Positions 28,301 to 37,267 of a stretch of 64,000 nucleotides of DNA are shown here, piece after piece. Made by a program: the position numbers and the translations under genes. The stretch comes from Malacoraja senta (Eukaryota). Each line of letters starts with the position of its first letter. The stretch's first letter is position 1. The stretch is taken from contig CM075988.1 in the NCBI GenBank assembly GCA_038087875.1, positions 26,848,001 to 26,912,000 of the forward strand. Reading direction: 5' to 3'. Under the pieces are notes generated by a model. That model saw nothing but the letters and a program-made list of their open reading frames with translations, was not told the origin of the DNA and made no database searches.

Positions 28301-31300
28301 TTGATGGGAATTAATGTCGGGTTTGCTGCTGTTGCCTCTGCTTCGTACACAAGCTGCGTACACAGAGTGCTGGCGCCAGTAAAATTATACCTGAACATGA
28401 AGGACAATTTTTCTAGGAAGTGGATAATTAGGAAATGAGAAAATGATGACTTCATAAGTGATGGGAGCAGAATTGGGCCATTCGGCCCATCAAGCCTACT
28501 CTGCCATTCAATCATGGCTGATCTATCTCTCCCTCCTGACCCCATTCTCCTGCCTTCTCCCATAACCCCTGACACCGTACTAATCAAGAACGTACCTATC
28601 TCCGCCTTAAAAATATCCATTGACGGCCTCCACAGCCTTCTTGGGCTTGTTGAAACTTTCAACCACCTTATGCGATCCCCATTGCATGTACGTTTATATT
28701 TGTTTCAGGCAGATGGGAAGACAACCACACGATATGCAGCAAAGACCTTGGCAATCTGTAGCAGTAGAAGTGAAGAAGCTCGAGAGCAGATTGTCAGATG
28801 TGATAAAAGTATGTGATAATTAGCTTCTGAATTAAGCAATCATTTAGAATTAACTTGTCATTGATCATGAACACCAGTGCAGGCGTCACTCAGCAGAGTG
28901 CCAATGCTGCGCAATCTAATTCAATTCATTAATAATTACACAGTGTAGTTGGAAAAATTTCCATCAATGATAGCAAATAATTCTTGATTATTTAATAAAT
29001 AAATATATATATATATAGTGCCATTATTAATGAGTTATTGCCTAATTATGATTTAAAAATAAACTCTGAAGAAATTAGAAATAAAAACATTATGAAGGAG
29101 GAAGAAAAGTACCACCTAAACGATAAAGATAGCTTGCATGTAGCATAATCTTATTTGTTGTGGTTGGAACTGGTAAAATTTACAGATACTCATTCCTTGT
29201 GCCCTTGGCAATGATGGCTTTGCAGGCACGGCCATTATGGCTGCATTCCATGTAGCAGCGATGCTGCATCAATTTTGAATCGGTTATGATGAAATAATGG
29301 CCAATGTTGTCCCAGCAGAATAGTGTGTGACTGGTAGGTTAATATTTTAGTTGTGTTTCAATTATTTTCTCATGGTGCTGACGCACCTGATATGCATTTG
29401 ATGTGTTTTATGCATTTTGTAGCACAGCATGTACTCGAAAGTAATAACGACATATATTTAAGCTAACTCCCAACATTTTGTAACAAAAGCTACATCCACA
29501 ATTGTTGTCAAAGGCTCAGGATGGTGCTGAGAAACTTCTTGATGTCATATTTCTCACCTTCACTTTGATCGATGTTCATGTCCCCCTGTTGGTGTGCGCT
29601 TCAAAAAGTGCTGCTCAGTAGTTTCCTGTGTATTATGATGTGTAATCAGCAGTTTTCCTTATCTTGCCTTGACTTTCGAAATGATTTTTAATCTACTCAC
29701 CTGTGCTATTATAAATCTGTTAATTTAGGACTGGTGCTGATGGAAAAAAATCTTTGTTTTATCTGACTAATTTGTTGGTAAATTTTGTAAATTCACGTGC
29801 TATTTTTTTTGTTTTTGTGCATTATTCCCTGGCCAGAGTTCAGTGTTCTCAGGAAGCTGCTATCTCTAGATGATGAACAAGTGGTGGGCAATGCTGCTCT
29901 TTGCCTTTCACACTGTGTTGAGATCCCAGGAGCTGCTGCATCTCTGCTCAAAACTGACATTGTCAGAATATTGTTGAAGCATGCTGGTGGTGATGCAAAG
30001 GAAAACTCCCTTCAACAGAATGCAGCAATTGCTCTGGGTAAACTCTGCTTGGCAGAACCCAGGTAAGACCTCATTTTAATTCCCAACAGAACAAGATTAT
30101 TGGATTCTGCAGCTTATTGCAGCCTGTAGAATATATGGAATTGATAGGTTGTGACTTGAGAAAATTCTCAGGTACAGGACCTACCTGAACCTTGTATAAT
30201 ATCTGAGATTTTAAACTGCTGCTTTACCTGCAAATATTAATATCAACTATCCTTTAACCAGAAGGTGAAATTCTGCAGCTGCTTCACTTTGTTTTAATAA
30301 ATGCAGGAATATGTCATTGAGCCAAAATAGTCTCTGCAGATGTTTATTGCCAACAGGTATTTCCTCCCATCTTGATCTATATAATAGTGACATCTTTAGT
30401 GCTAGCCCTCAGAGCATTGACTCATTATCACCATGGCCCTCCAGCCTGAACACTTACAGGTATATGCTGTGTACTATAACTGTTCTCTGCTGTTCTGGTA
30501 ACTTGGTGAGAATCCGTGCTCTCAGAGCAGTAAATTGGATCAGTAAGGAGAGGCTTATGTGAGGGATGGCCTTGGGCGGGCTGGAGCAAGAGATGCAGCT
30601 ACTAGGGCTGAGACGTGGAGCTCGGAGCTGCAGCCTGACTAACAGAGATAGTGTAGGCCAGGGCAGGGACTGGCAGCATCAGCTCCGTGTGTTCTACATT
30701 GCCCATTGCATGATGTTTGTAGCTGCTGTCGCTCCTGTTCTTTGTTTGGTCACATGGCTTCCCCCAGTCCAGAGCTTTAATTACGGCGGTGGCTGAATGG
30801 TGATCGCTGGCCACCATTTCAAATGTTGGATGACGTTCCTTGGTTAGGAAGAGCTGTGAAGCCAAAGAAAGAGGGGTTGAGGTAACTGCTTCTATCACCC
30901 CTTTGATTCCATTACAATTAATCTACAATTTGAGAGGGAGAAGGAGAAATCAGGTGTCAGTATTACAGTTGAGCAAAGGGGACTATGGAGCCATGAGGGA
31001 GGAGCTGGCCAAAGTTGACTGGAAAGAGACCCTAGCAGGGATGACAGTGGAACAGCAATGGCAGGTGTTTCTGCGAATAATACAGATGGTGCAGGATCAG
31101 TTCATTCCAAAGAGGAAGAAAGATTCTTAGGGGAGTAAGAGGTGACCGTGGCTGACAAGGGAAGTCAAGGACAGTATAAAAATAAAAGAGAAGAAGTATA
31201 ACAGCAAAGATGAGTGGGAAGCCAGAGGATTGGGAAACTTTTAAAGAGCAACAGAAGATAATTAAAAAGGCATTACGGGGAGAAATGATGAGGTGCAAAG

Positions 31301-31933
31301 GTGAGCTAGCCAAGAATATAAAGGAGGATAGTAAAAGCTTATTTTGGTATGTGAAGAGGAAAAAAATTGTTAAGACAAACATGGGTCCCTTGATGACAGA
31401 AACAGGTGAATGTATTATGGGGAACAAGGAAATGGCAGACGGGTTGAATATGTACTTTGGTTCTGTATTCACTAAGGAAGACACAAACAATCTCCCAGAT
31501 GGGGGTACTGATTGTGGATGATCAGCCATGATCACAGTGAATGGTGGTGCTGCCTTGAAGGGCCGAATGGCCTACTACTGCACCTATTGTCTATTGTGCT
31601 GCTGTTCCTGGGGTTGAATCCTGAGTTTTCAATGAGGTGTCCATGTATATGAAGAGAGTACAGATGTTTATGTGTCTGCATTGCTCGAATCATGCATCAT
31701 CCCAAAGCCTAGAGGTTCATCTGACCTCTCATAGAGTGTAAAAGTCCTGAAGTCTGATTTTGTTTAAAGTTGTTAACTTCTCATGAGAATTAACACTCGT
31801 TAAAAATGGCCAAGTGAGCTCTCTTTCTGAATGTGTTTGTAACATTTCTCGTACTGTACTCAGGCATAAGACTGAACTCCGTGAACTCCATGGATTGGAA
31901 ATTCTGTCGTCCTGCATGAAGTACATCAAGTGA
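1106..31933 (+). CDS. TTC12: TTC12 (TPR + armadillo-like repeat protein), multi-exon gene span, 5'-partial; 20 coding exons totalling 2105 nt including stop
   Basis: The hand-spliced AG/GT exons keep one open frame. The peptides match recalled vertebrate TTC12 motifs ([63 protein letters not shown]). Most exon sizes equal the recalled human ones. Confidence 0.96.
1430..2220 (-). mobile_element. Degenerate CR1-clade LINE 3' fragment
   Basis: Similar to the cleaner CR1 copy at 5878-6826 (e.g. tcatctgcaaact = reverse-complement KFADD); boundaries approximate. Confidence 0.7.
2694..3022 (-). mobile_element. Penelope-like element 3' end: GIY-YIG C-terminus, pyrimidine tract, hammerhead-motif terminal repeat
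   Basis: Minus-strand peptide [28 protein letters not shown] followed by CTGAAGA..GACCCGAAACGTT and the common repeat tail. Confidence 0.8.
3413..3443 (+). CDS. TTC12: TTC12 31-nt micro-exon ([10 protein letters not shown])
   Basis: ACTAAC branch point, tctctcacag acceptor, AAG|GTAAGA donor; its 3n+1 length is needed to join the phase-0 and phase-1 neighbours. Confidence 0.8.
3955..4032 (+). CDS. TTC12: TTC12 exon ([25 protein letters not shown]), 78 nt
   Basis: ttag/GTGAGC; EKDAKER motif. Confidence 0.95.
5362..5670 (-). mobile_element. tRNA-derived V-SINE (HE1-like)
   Basis: Minus strand reads box A-like TGGCGCAGCGTTAG, box B GGTTCAATCC, V-domain (ggtttcctcccacactccaaagac), CR1-like tail and (AAACT)n end. 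Confidence 0.8.
5878..6826 (-). mobile_element. CR1-clade LINE, 5'-truncated; C-terminal RT region with an open frame
   Basis: ORF 5968..6747 ([40 protein letters not shown]), KFADD upstream, (TTTCTATG)n tail. Confidence 0.93.
6978..7099 (+). CDS. TTC12: TTC12 exon, TPR1 ([15 protein letters not shown]...LYTNRAQ), 122 nt
   Basis: gcag/GTATGT; TPR consensus. Confidence 0.96.
8030..8770 (-). mobile_element. Degenerate CR1 3' fragment(s)
   Basis: Similarity to the 5878-6826 copy; boundaries approximate. Confidence 0.6.
8980..9039 (+). CDS. TTC12: TTC12 exon, TPR2 ([20 protein letters not shown]), 60 nt
   Basis: ccag/GTGAGG; in frame. Confidence 0.96.
10032..10103 (+). CDS. TTC12: TTC12 exon, TPR3 ([24 protein letters not shown]), 72 nt
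   Basis: tcag/GTAAGA; in frame. Confidence 0.96.
10826..12015 (+). mobile_element. L2-clade LINE, 5'-truncated
   Basis: [41 protein letters not shown] and [14 protein letters not shown] motifs; frameshift near 11800; (GACTT)n tail. Confidence 0.92.
12394..12454 (+). CDS. TTC12: TTC12 exon ([20 protein letters not shown]), 61 nt
   Basis: ccag/GTATGA; in frame. Confidence 0.93.
12943..15626 (-). mobile_element. Rex1/Babar-clade LINE, 5'-truncated, uninterrupted APE-RT-C-terminal frame, 8-bp TSD
   Basis: ORF 13120..15642 ([38 protein letters not shown]); (CTGAAT)n tail; TGAGACTT at 12935-12942 and 15627-15634. Confidence 0.95.
15830..16162 (+). mobile_element. LINE 3' tail, probably Rex1-related
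   Basis: RF.DSFFP-like end (agattcagtgacagtttcttccca), ...gacaataaactaaactcaaactc tail; a similar tail lies at about 59710-59856. Confidence 0.55.
16248..16436 (+). CDS. TTC12: TTC12 exon ([16 protein letters not shown]...[17 protein letters not shown]), 189 nt
   Basis: ttag/GTAAGT; in frame. Confidence 0.94.
16749..16839 (-). mobile_element. Penelope-like terminal repeat with hammerhead motif
   Basis: Reverse complement reads CTGAAGAAGGGTCTCGACCCGAAATGTC followed by the shared tail. Confidence 0.75.
18049..18118 (+). CDS. TTC12: TTC12 exon ([22 protein letters not shown]), 70 nt
   Basis: gcag/GTAAGC; conserved motif. Confidence 0.96.
18748..18836 (+). CDS. TTC12: TTC12 exon ([29 protein letters not shown]), 89 nt
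   Basis: acag/GTAATT; in frame. Confidence 0.94.
19205..19965. mobile_element. Degenerate Penelope-like element: divergent GIY-YIG fragments (minus ~19205-19345, plus ~19345-19965)
   Basis: Minus: [28 protein letters not shown]. Plus: [38 protein letters not shown], then a pyrimidine tract and a decayed terminal repeat. Confidence 0.7.
20326..20494 (+). CDS. TTC12: TTC12 exon (EENQRILIT...[13 protein letters not shown]), 169 nt
   Basis: gtag/GTAATC; in frame. Confidence 0.95.
21828..21920 (+). CDS. TTC12: TTC12 exon ([30 protein letters not shown]), 93 nt
   Basis: atag/GTAATC; in frame. Confidence 0.92.
22045..22332 (-). mobile_element. V-SINE (HE1-like) copy
   Basis: Same family as 5362-5670; box B GGTTCGATCC. 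Confidence 0.78.
22588..22771 (+). mobile_element. CR1 3' tail fragment
   Basis: Near-identical to the reverse complement of 5880-6065. Confidence 0.85.
22854..23139 (+). mobile_element. Penelope-like terminal repeat with a nested antisense CR1 tail; 15-bp flanking duplication
   Basis: ACAAAATGGTTAAAC at 22839-22853 and 23140-23154; CR1 tail at about 22963-23080. Confidence 0.7.
23416..23479 (+). CDS. TTC12: TTC12 exon ([21 protein letters not shown]), 64 nt
   Basis: ttag/GTAAGG; restores phase 2 to phase 0. Confidence 0.88.
23676..23810 (+). CDS. TTC12: TTC12 exon ([21 protein letters not shown]...[11 protein letters not shown]), 135 nt
   Basis: gcag/GTAAGT; in frame. Confidence 0.94.
25210..25750 (+). 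mobile_element. Old degenerate Rex1 fragment
   Basis: [26 protein letters not shown] and LPSGRRY motifs with stops and frameshifts. Confidence 0.8.
25766..25951. repeat. Fold-back (inverted) pair of Penelope-like terminal repeats
   Basis: Perfect 31-bp inverted repeat at 25851-25881 / 25883-25913, with extended imperfect arms. Confidence 0.85.
26218..26322 (+). CDS. TTC12: TTC12 exon ([35 protein letters not shown]), 105 nt
   Basis: acag/GTAGGA; YTLLGLM.NL motif. Confidence 0.93.
27531..27599 (+). CDS. TTC12: TTC12 exon ([23 protein letters not shown]), 69 nt
   Basis: taag/GTAAGT; DGGILT motif. Confidence 0.94.
27714..27815 (+). CDS. TTC12: TTC12 exon ([34 protein letters not shown]), 102 nt
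   Basis: acag/GTAAGA; follows a 114-nt intron. Confidence 0.95.
28452..28640 (-). mobile_element. CR1 3' tail fragment
   Basis: Matches the CR1 tail family (ggccattcggcccatc...ccgccttaaaaatatccattgac). Confidence 0.75.
28709..28808 (+). CDS. TTC12: TTC12 exon ([33 protein letters not shown]), 100 nt
   Basis: tcag/GTATGT; in frame. Confidence 0.95.
29837..30062 (+). CDS. TTC12: TTC12 exon ([23 protein letters not shown]...LGKLCLAEP), 226 nt
   Basis: ccag/GTAAGA; strongly conserved. Confidence 0.96.
30902..31597 (+). mobile_element. CR1 ORF2 inter-domain fragment joined directly to a CR1 3' tail (internally deleted)
   Basis: [29 protein letters not shown] and [10 protein letters not shown] motifs, then gatcagccatgatc..ggcctactactgcacctattgtctattg. 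Confidence 0.8.
31864..31933 (+). CDS. TTC12: TTC12 last coding exon ([22 protein letters not shown])
   Basis: tcag acceptor; TGA at 31931-31933. Confidence 0.95.
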
Positions 31934-32104
31934 GGGTGTAATGCTGCCTGGAGCAAGAGGTGCCAGACCCTGGGATCTGGAACAAACAACAAATCACTCA
32001 AAGAACTCAGCAGGTCAAGCAGCATTTGCGGAGACAAAGGGATGGTCGACATTTTGAGTCGTGACCCTGCATCAGGAATGTAGAGAGGAGATAACCAATA
32101 AGTC

Positions 32105-32196
32105 TGAAGAAGTGTTTCGGCCCGAAACGTTGCCTATTTCCTTCGCTCCATAGATGCTGCTGCACCCGCTGAGTTTCTCCAGCATTTTTGTGTACC
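32105..32196 (+). mobile_element. About 92-bp hammerhead-motif unit in the TTC12 3'UTR, 13-bp TSD
   Basis: TAACCAATAAGTC at 32092-32104 and 32197-32209. Confidence 0.8.
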
Positions 32197-33122
32197 TAAC
32201 CAATAAGTCGCCTGTCTCACTCCTTCCTCTCACTTCTACATACTCACTATCTTTCCTCTACACTCTTCAGTCTTCATGCAGTGTCTCAATCCGAAAGGTC
32301 AACCATTCCGTGTAATGCTACCAGCTGTGGCTCAGGGATTATACTGTCAACAGTAATGCCTCAGTTGAAATTATCTAGAGACCGATAGTTTTACAGATGT
32401 TTACATGTAATTTTTTACAATTTAAAAACAATACGTCAATGAAACAAATTTAAAGAAGACAATTAAGCTTTATAATCTTCCTTATTTTTAATATGTTATC
32501 TCATTTATTATTTTCTGGCCTTGTCCTTCATTCCCCTCTCTGTAGAAATGAGTTGAATTATTCATTGAATTATTTGTGCTGTTCATTTCAATGACCTTTT
32601 CTTGTAATTTAATTCCGCAAGTCTGGCTAAATGCTTAATGCTATTTTACTATAAAAGTTAATCCCTTTAAAAGAAGATTTACGGTTCCATCAAAAAGAGA
32701 ATGATAAAAAGATGATGCGTTCAGAGTCAGTATGCTTGGATTTGCAACAGTGTTTAATAAAATATGACCAAGTACTGAAGTGCAGATTAGTACAAACTAG
32801 CATTAGGTGGTCTGCCCTCAGGATTAATACAGGATATTTTAATGTTATAAAATTACTGTAAGCTTCCATCAGTCATGTACCTCAGTTGAGAAATGTAATT
32901 TCTGCAGTTCCTTGCATTTTCTCTTTGGAACATTTTAATAAACTTAATATTTTCAATATTAACTATTAGTATTTTTACAACCTGTTAATGTTTATTATTT
33001 TATGGTGGTTTTCATCTCAATTCAACTCAAGACAAAGGACATTCTCCATTTAACCAGCTAACTCAATAAATATTTTGGAACAAATTTTATTTTGACTATT
33101 TTAAGATAATTTGTATTTGCAA

Positions 33123-33132
33123 AATAAATAAA
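33123..33132 (+). terminator. Candidate TTC12 polyadenylation signal (overlapping AATAAATAAA); further AATAAA hexamers lie near 32.76, 32.94 and 33.07 kb
   Basis: AATAAA cluster in an AT-rich 3'UTR-like stretch, followed by T/GT-rich sequence; the site actually used is unknown. Confidence 0.45.
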
Positions 33133-33309
33133 GCCTATTGTTTATTTTTCAAATTACCACAGGTGATTGAAGTGTTCCACTGTCATGGTTATTTAAAAAA
33201 AAGTAATTAGTGTTTGTACACAATGAGTTCCAATAAATCACACATATTATTGAATGTCCAATTATTGTTGGTGATGCTGTTTACGTCATCGGGTGGCGCC
33301 CTCCTCGCG

Positions 33310-33800
33310 GCCTAATGACTGGATTGGTGCGGCCTTTCTCGGAGACTGGCCCAGAGCTTCAACAGCAGGCATGGCAGGACTTTAACATTGTGGAGCAGGG
33401 CGATCCCTTGCCGGGGATTACCCGAAGAAGTGCTCCCACCGCCAGCCAGCGGCCTATAACATCGTGAAGCCACGGTCTCCGGTAAGAAAGTGGCCGATAC
33501 GGGAAAGTGGCCGATCCATCCCGACGTCGGAGTTTCGATCATCCCCACGAGAGGGCTTGTACATCGGGCCGTCCGTTGCGGTGACTGCGGAGGGTTCATG
33601 GTCCTGACCACGGTGAACAAAGGAGGAAGACTGAACGTTATTGCCTTCCACCACAGTGAAGAATGTTGATTCCGCTGTGGTGGATGTTTATGTTGTATTC
33701 TATTGTGTATTGTGCTCTTTTTGATTGTGTGGCTGCATGGTAACTCAAATTGCACTGTACCTTAATTGATGCATGTGACAATAAATGTGAACTTGAACTT
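33310..33800 (+). mobile_element. Unclassified SINE/LINE-like repeat with CpG-rich head and Rex-type tail
   Basis: CpG-rich 5' half; ends ...gtgacaataaatgtgaacttgaactt. Confidence 0.45.
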
Positions 33801-34759
33801 AAAGGAGCATAGTTGGATAGGGCCACAATATCACATTACTATTCTCAAATCATGTATTGGAGGTTTTTCCCCCCAGCTGGGCAACCTGGGCAAATACTTC
33901 CGTAGCATCACTCCCCCCCCCCCCCCCCCCCGAGGCAAGTGGGCACAGAGCTTTAAGCAAAACAGCTCAAAATAGATGAGCTGGATTGTTTGGCTCAGTG
34001 GGCTGTTCGTGTAACTAAGTGAGCTGGAGGGGGTGGTGTGTATGGTGTGTACACAACAGAAGGATCAGAAACAAACATTAGAATTCCAAAGGTCAGTCTG
34101 TCCTTCATAGTAAAGAACAATCTGCTAAATTAAAGCAAATCATTTGTTGATTGTCTGCTGCTGTTGAATATGAGCCCAACACTGATTGCTGCAATCATCA
34201 TATCAATTTATTCTCAGCAAAACCGAATATGCAATTATGGAATTATATGTTGGCTAGTTTCACTGAGTTATATAAAACTCTGGAAATTTTTCAAATTCAA
34301 AATGCATTTTGCATTACAATTATTACATATTATGGCTTTATCAAGTTGCAGAGCAGTTTATGTTGGTAAATAACATACTGGAATTTGCATCAGAATTGGA
34401 GACTACATCTTGCCTGTCACACCCCATTCCCTGACAGATGAGGTTGTCATTTCTTTGACAGATCGATTGGGTTGGGAAAGCTGTGGCCAAATAGTTAGCT
34501 CAAAAGTTATCACTTTTCACAATGAAGCACATGAAACTGCATCTCTAACCGATGAGAAATTAATTGCTCCTAACTTGAATGTAAAAGTTAAAGAAAAACC
34601 TTGACTTCTCTTTAAATTGATTTCCCTTTCATTTATTTTCATTGTGGCTCTTTTTCACTCATCTACCTGCCCGGTTCTGTATGCATTGGGAGTAACAGGC
34701 ATTTAAAATGTTCCTCAGGAAGAAATGCCGTTCACAGTCATCGATTTGCAGTTATGCAG

Positions 34760-35230
34760 CACAGAAATGGGTCTTCCTGTCCATGTCCATGCTGACCATC
34801 AAGTAACATCTACACTAAACCCATTTCCCAGTACTTGGTCTGTAGGTCTGTCTGCACACTGTGAGAGTGCATATCTCCACCACTGCTTCGGTAGGGAATT
34901 CCAAATCCCAGCTACCTCTGAATAAAATAATAATCCCCCTGCATTTCCTCTAATCCTCTTACTCCTTACCCTAAATAGTCCTTACCCTAACGTCCTGTGG
35001 TTTGAGGAGCCTCTGTTATGGGGAACGGTTTCCTATTATCTACCCTATCCATGCTCCTCATTATTGTACATATCACTATTTGGTCACTGCTAAGCTGTTT
35101 CCATTCGTGGGAATGCCAATGGTTTCTGTAAGTCTCTCATAACGGAAACACTCTTCCAGCAAATCTCCTCTGCACACTCCAATGTAATCACATCCTTCCT
35201 ATAATGTGTTCACCATAATTGCACATACGC
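34760..35230 (-). mobile_element. Degenerate CR1 3' fragment
   Basis: Similarity to the other CR1 copies; boundaries approximate. Confidence 0.55.
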
Positions 35231-37149
35231 TATCTTTCTGTAATATGGTGACGAGAAGTTTAGTGGAGCTGAGTCCAAGATCAGATCAGCCAAATTCTTA
35301 GTGAATACGGAAGTAGGCTCAAGAAACAGAATTAAGCCATTTATTCCTCTCACTTATATTCTTGTTCATTGCTGCAGTGAATACACCTTTGAAAAAGTAC
35401 TTTGTGATTTCCTTTCGTGGAGATGTGAAGATCACCATACCAATGGGAATGTTCAGATTGGGCAAAAAGTGCTGCAAGTTTCTGAGGGGTGTACTGATGA
35501 CAGATTGCCACAACTTCGTTTTGCACCCTGATAACTTGGGTGGGTAGGCTGCAGCAAGTGAGGGGCCTTGTGATAACTTGTGATCTGTCAGCTGAAATCA
35601 TTGCCACTGGTTTATTTCCCTGTTACGCTGTTCCTGATCTTTAATTGTTTTAGGTGATTGGTAATGGTATATACTGAAGAGAGTTATCCTGAAGAGAGAA
35701 CATAGGCTCTGTTGTATTACCTGGTGCAGGAGGAAATGGATGCTGTGATACTCATTAATATAAAGCATTTTCTTCAGACACAAGTACTTCTGGTATTAAA
35801 AGAAATCAATTGATATTGTGAGGCTTCAGGCATGACAGTATATTGGCAGAAGGACAGCATGCCTCATTAGACTCAGGAACCCACATCAACTCTGCATTAG
35901 CTTTCAGCAGTCCCTGCCCTCTGCAGACCCTGTTAATGAAGCCTGCAACAGTTAGGTGATAGAACCACCTTTCAGATCAGCTAACAACACAGCTTCATCA
36001 TCTGACCCCAGGCACGCTTGGGAAGAGAGAAAAGCATCGCACACTCCTTCCTTGAAAAGGATGTTTTCAAAGGACAAAGCACTGTATTTAACTCTTTACC
36101 TGCAAATTTGAATGGAACTATTTTCAAATGTCTACATCTGAAGCGAAACAAAGTAAATGACTAGGAAATTGCCAAGATATTTGATGGGATTTAAAAGAAA
36201 TAACATACTGCCAGTTTCAGGTAGCACATTTACGTAAAAGAAAGTGTAGAATAATCTGTGAAAAATGTAAAAGCTAGTTCTTAAACCTTTTCAATTCATC
36301 TTTCACAAATGTTTTTTGTTCAGCAACACTCGAACAACAAATTTTGTTTCAGTACTTCCCCAAATGGAACACTTGAACTGGCTAAAGTATTTCTGACAGA
36401 TGAAGGCTCCAGCAACTCAGCACAAATATATTTAATCAGGATAGGGAATAATTAACATTCATGTAACTATCGCTTGCAAATCCCATGCGTTTTAGGAAGA
36501 AGAGTCAGGTAGTGAATGAGGTAATATAATTCTTCACCATTGAAATGCACTATCTGTAGCAAAATAATAAATACACAATCCAACATCCCTTGGAACTGAA
36601 TGAAAACATTCCATTATTACAGACAATAATATAATTTGGAAAGTGGAAGTTAAAGAGTTAATATTCAGTTATCCAGTTATGTTTTATTCCCTTTAACAAA
36701 ACCGACCGGAGTTTCTTCAGAATCAACATCTATATCCTTATCCATCATTGAAACCTGAACATCATGTGATTATAAATAAGAATAAGGTTGACCTTCTTGA
36801 AAATTACAGCTTTTCATTTTGCTGTAAAAAGTTGAGCCTGAAAGTCGGTTACTTTCCTTCCTCTGAAAGCAATAGTATGTCCACCAAGAGAAAGAAAGAA
36901 GTATGAGTCTTTACCTCAGTCAGTGATAAAACGTTACCACAATTCCTGTCCAGAGTTTAACGGCTAAATCAGCTTTTATTAAATTTATCAAGAGTTGCGT
37001 GTTTAGAGGACATGTGCACCAGATAAAATTCTGGTTATTTGGAAAATTCGAAACAAGACAATGGCCATTTTGTTCTGCTGGTTCTCCAGCTGCAAATGTT
37101 TAACCTTCAGTGCCCAAGCAATATCCAAAATGAATATTAGAAATTCAGT

Positions 37150-37267
37150 GTGTAGGAAGGAACTGCAGATGCTGGCTTACAGCGAAGATGGACACAAACC
37201 CAGCGGGACAGGCAGCATTTCTGGAGGGAAGGAATGGGTGACGTTTCGGGTCGAGACCCTTCTTCAG
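37150..37267 (-). mobile_element. Hammerhead-motif Penelope-like unit, 11-bp TSD
   Basis: Reverse complement has the consensus core CTGAAGAAGGGTCTCGACCCGAAACGTC; AGAAATTCAGT at 37139-37149 and 37266-37276. Confidence 0.8.
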
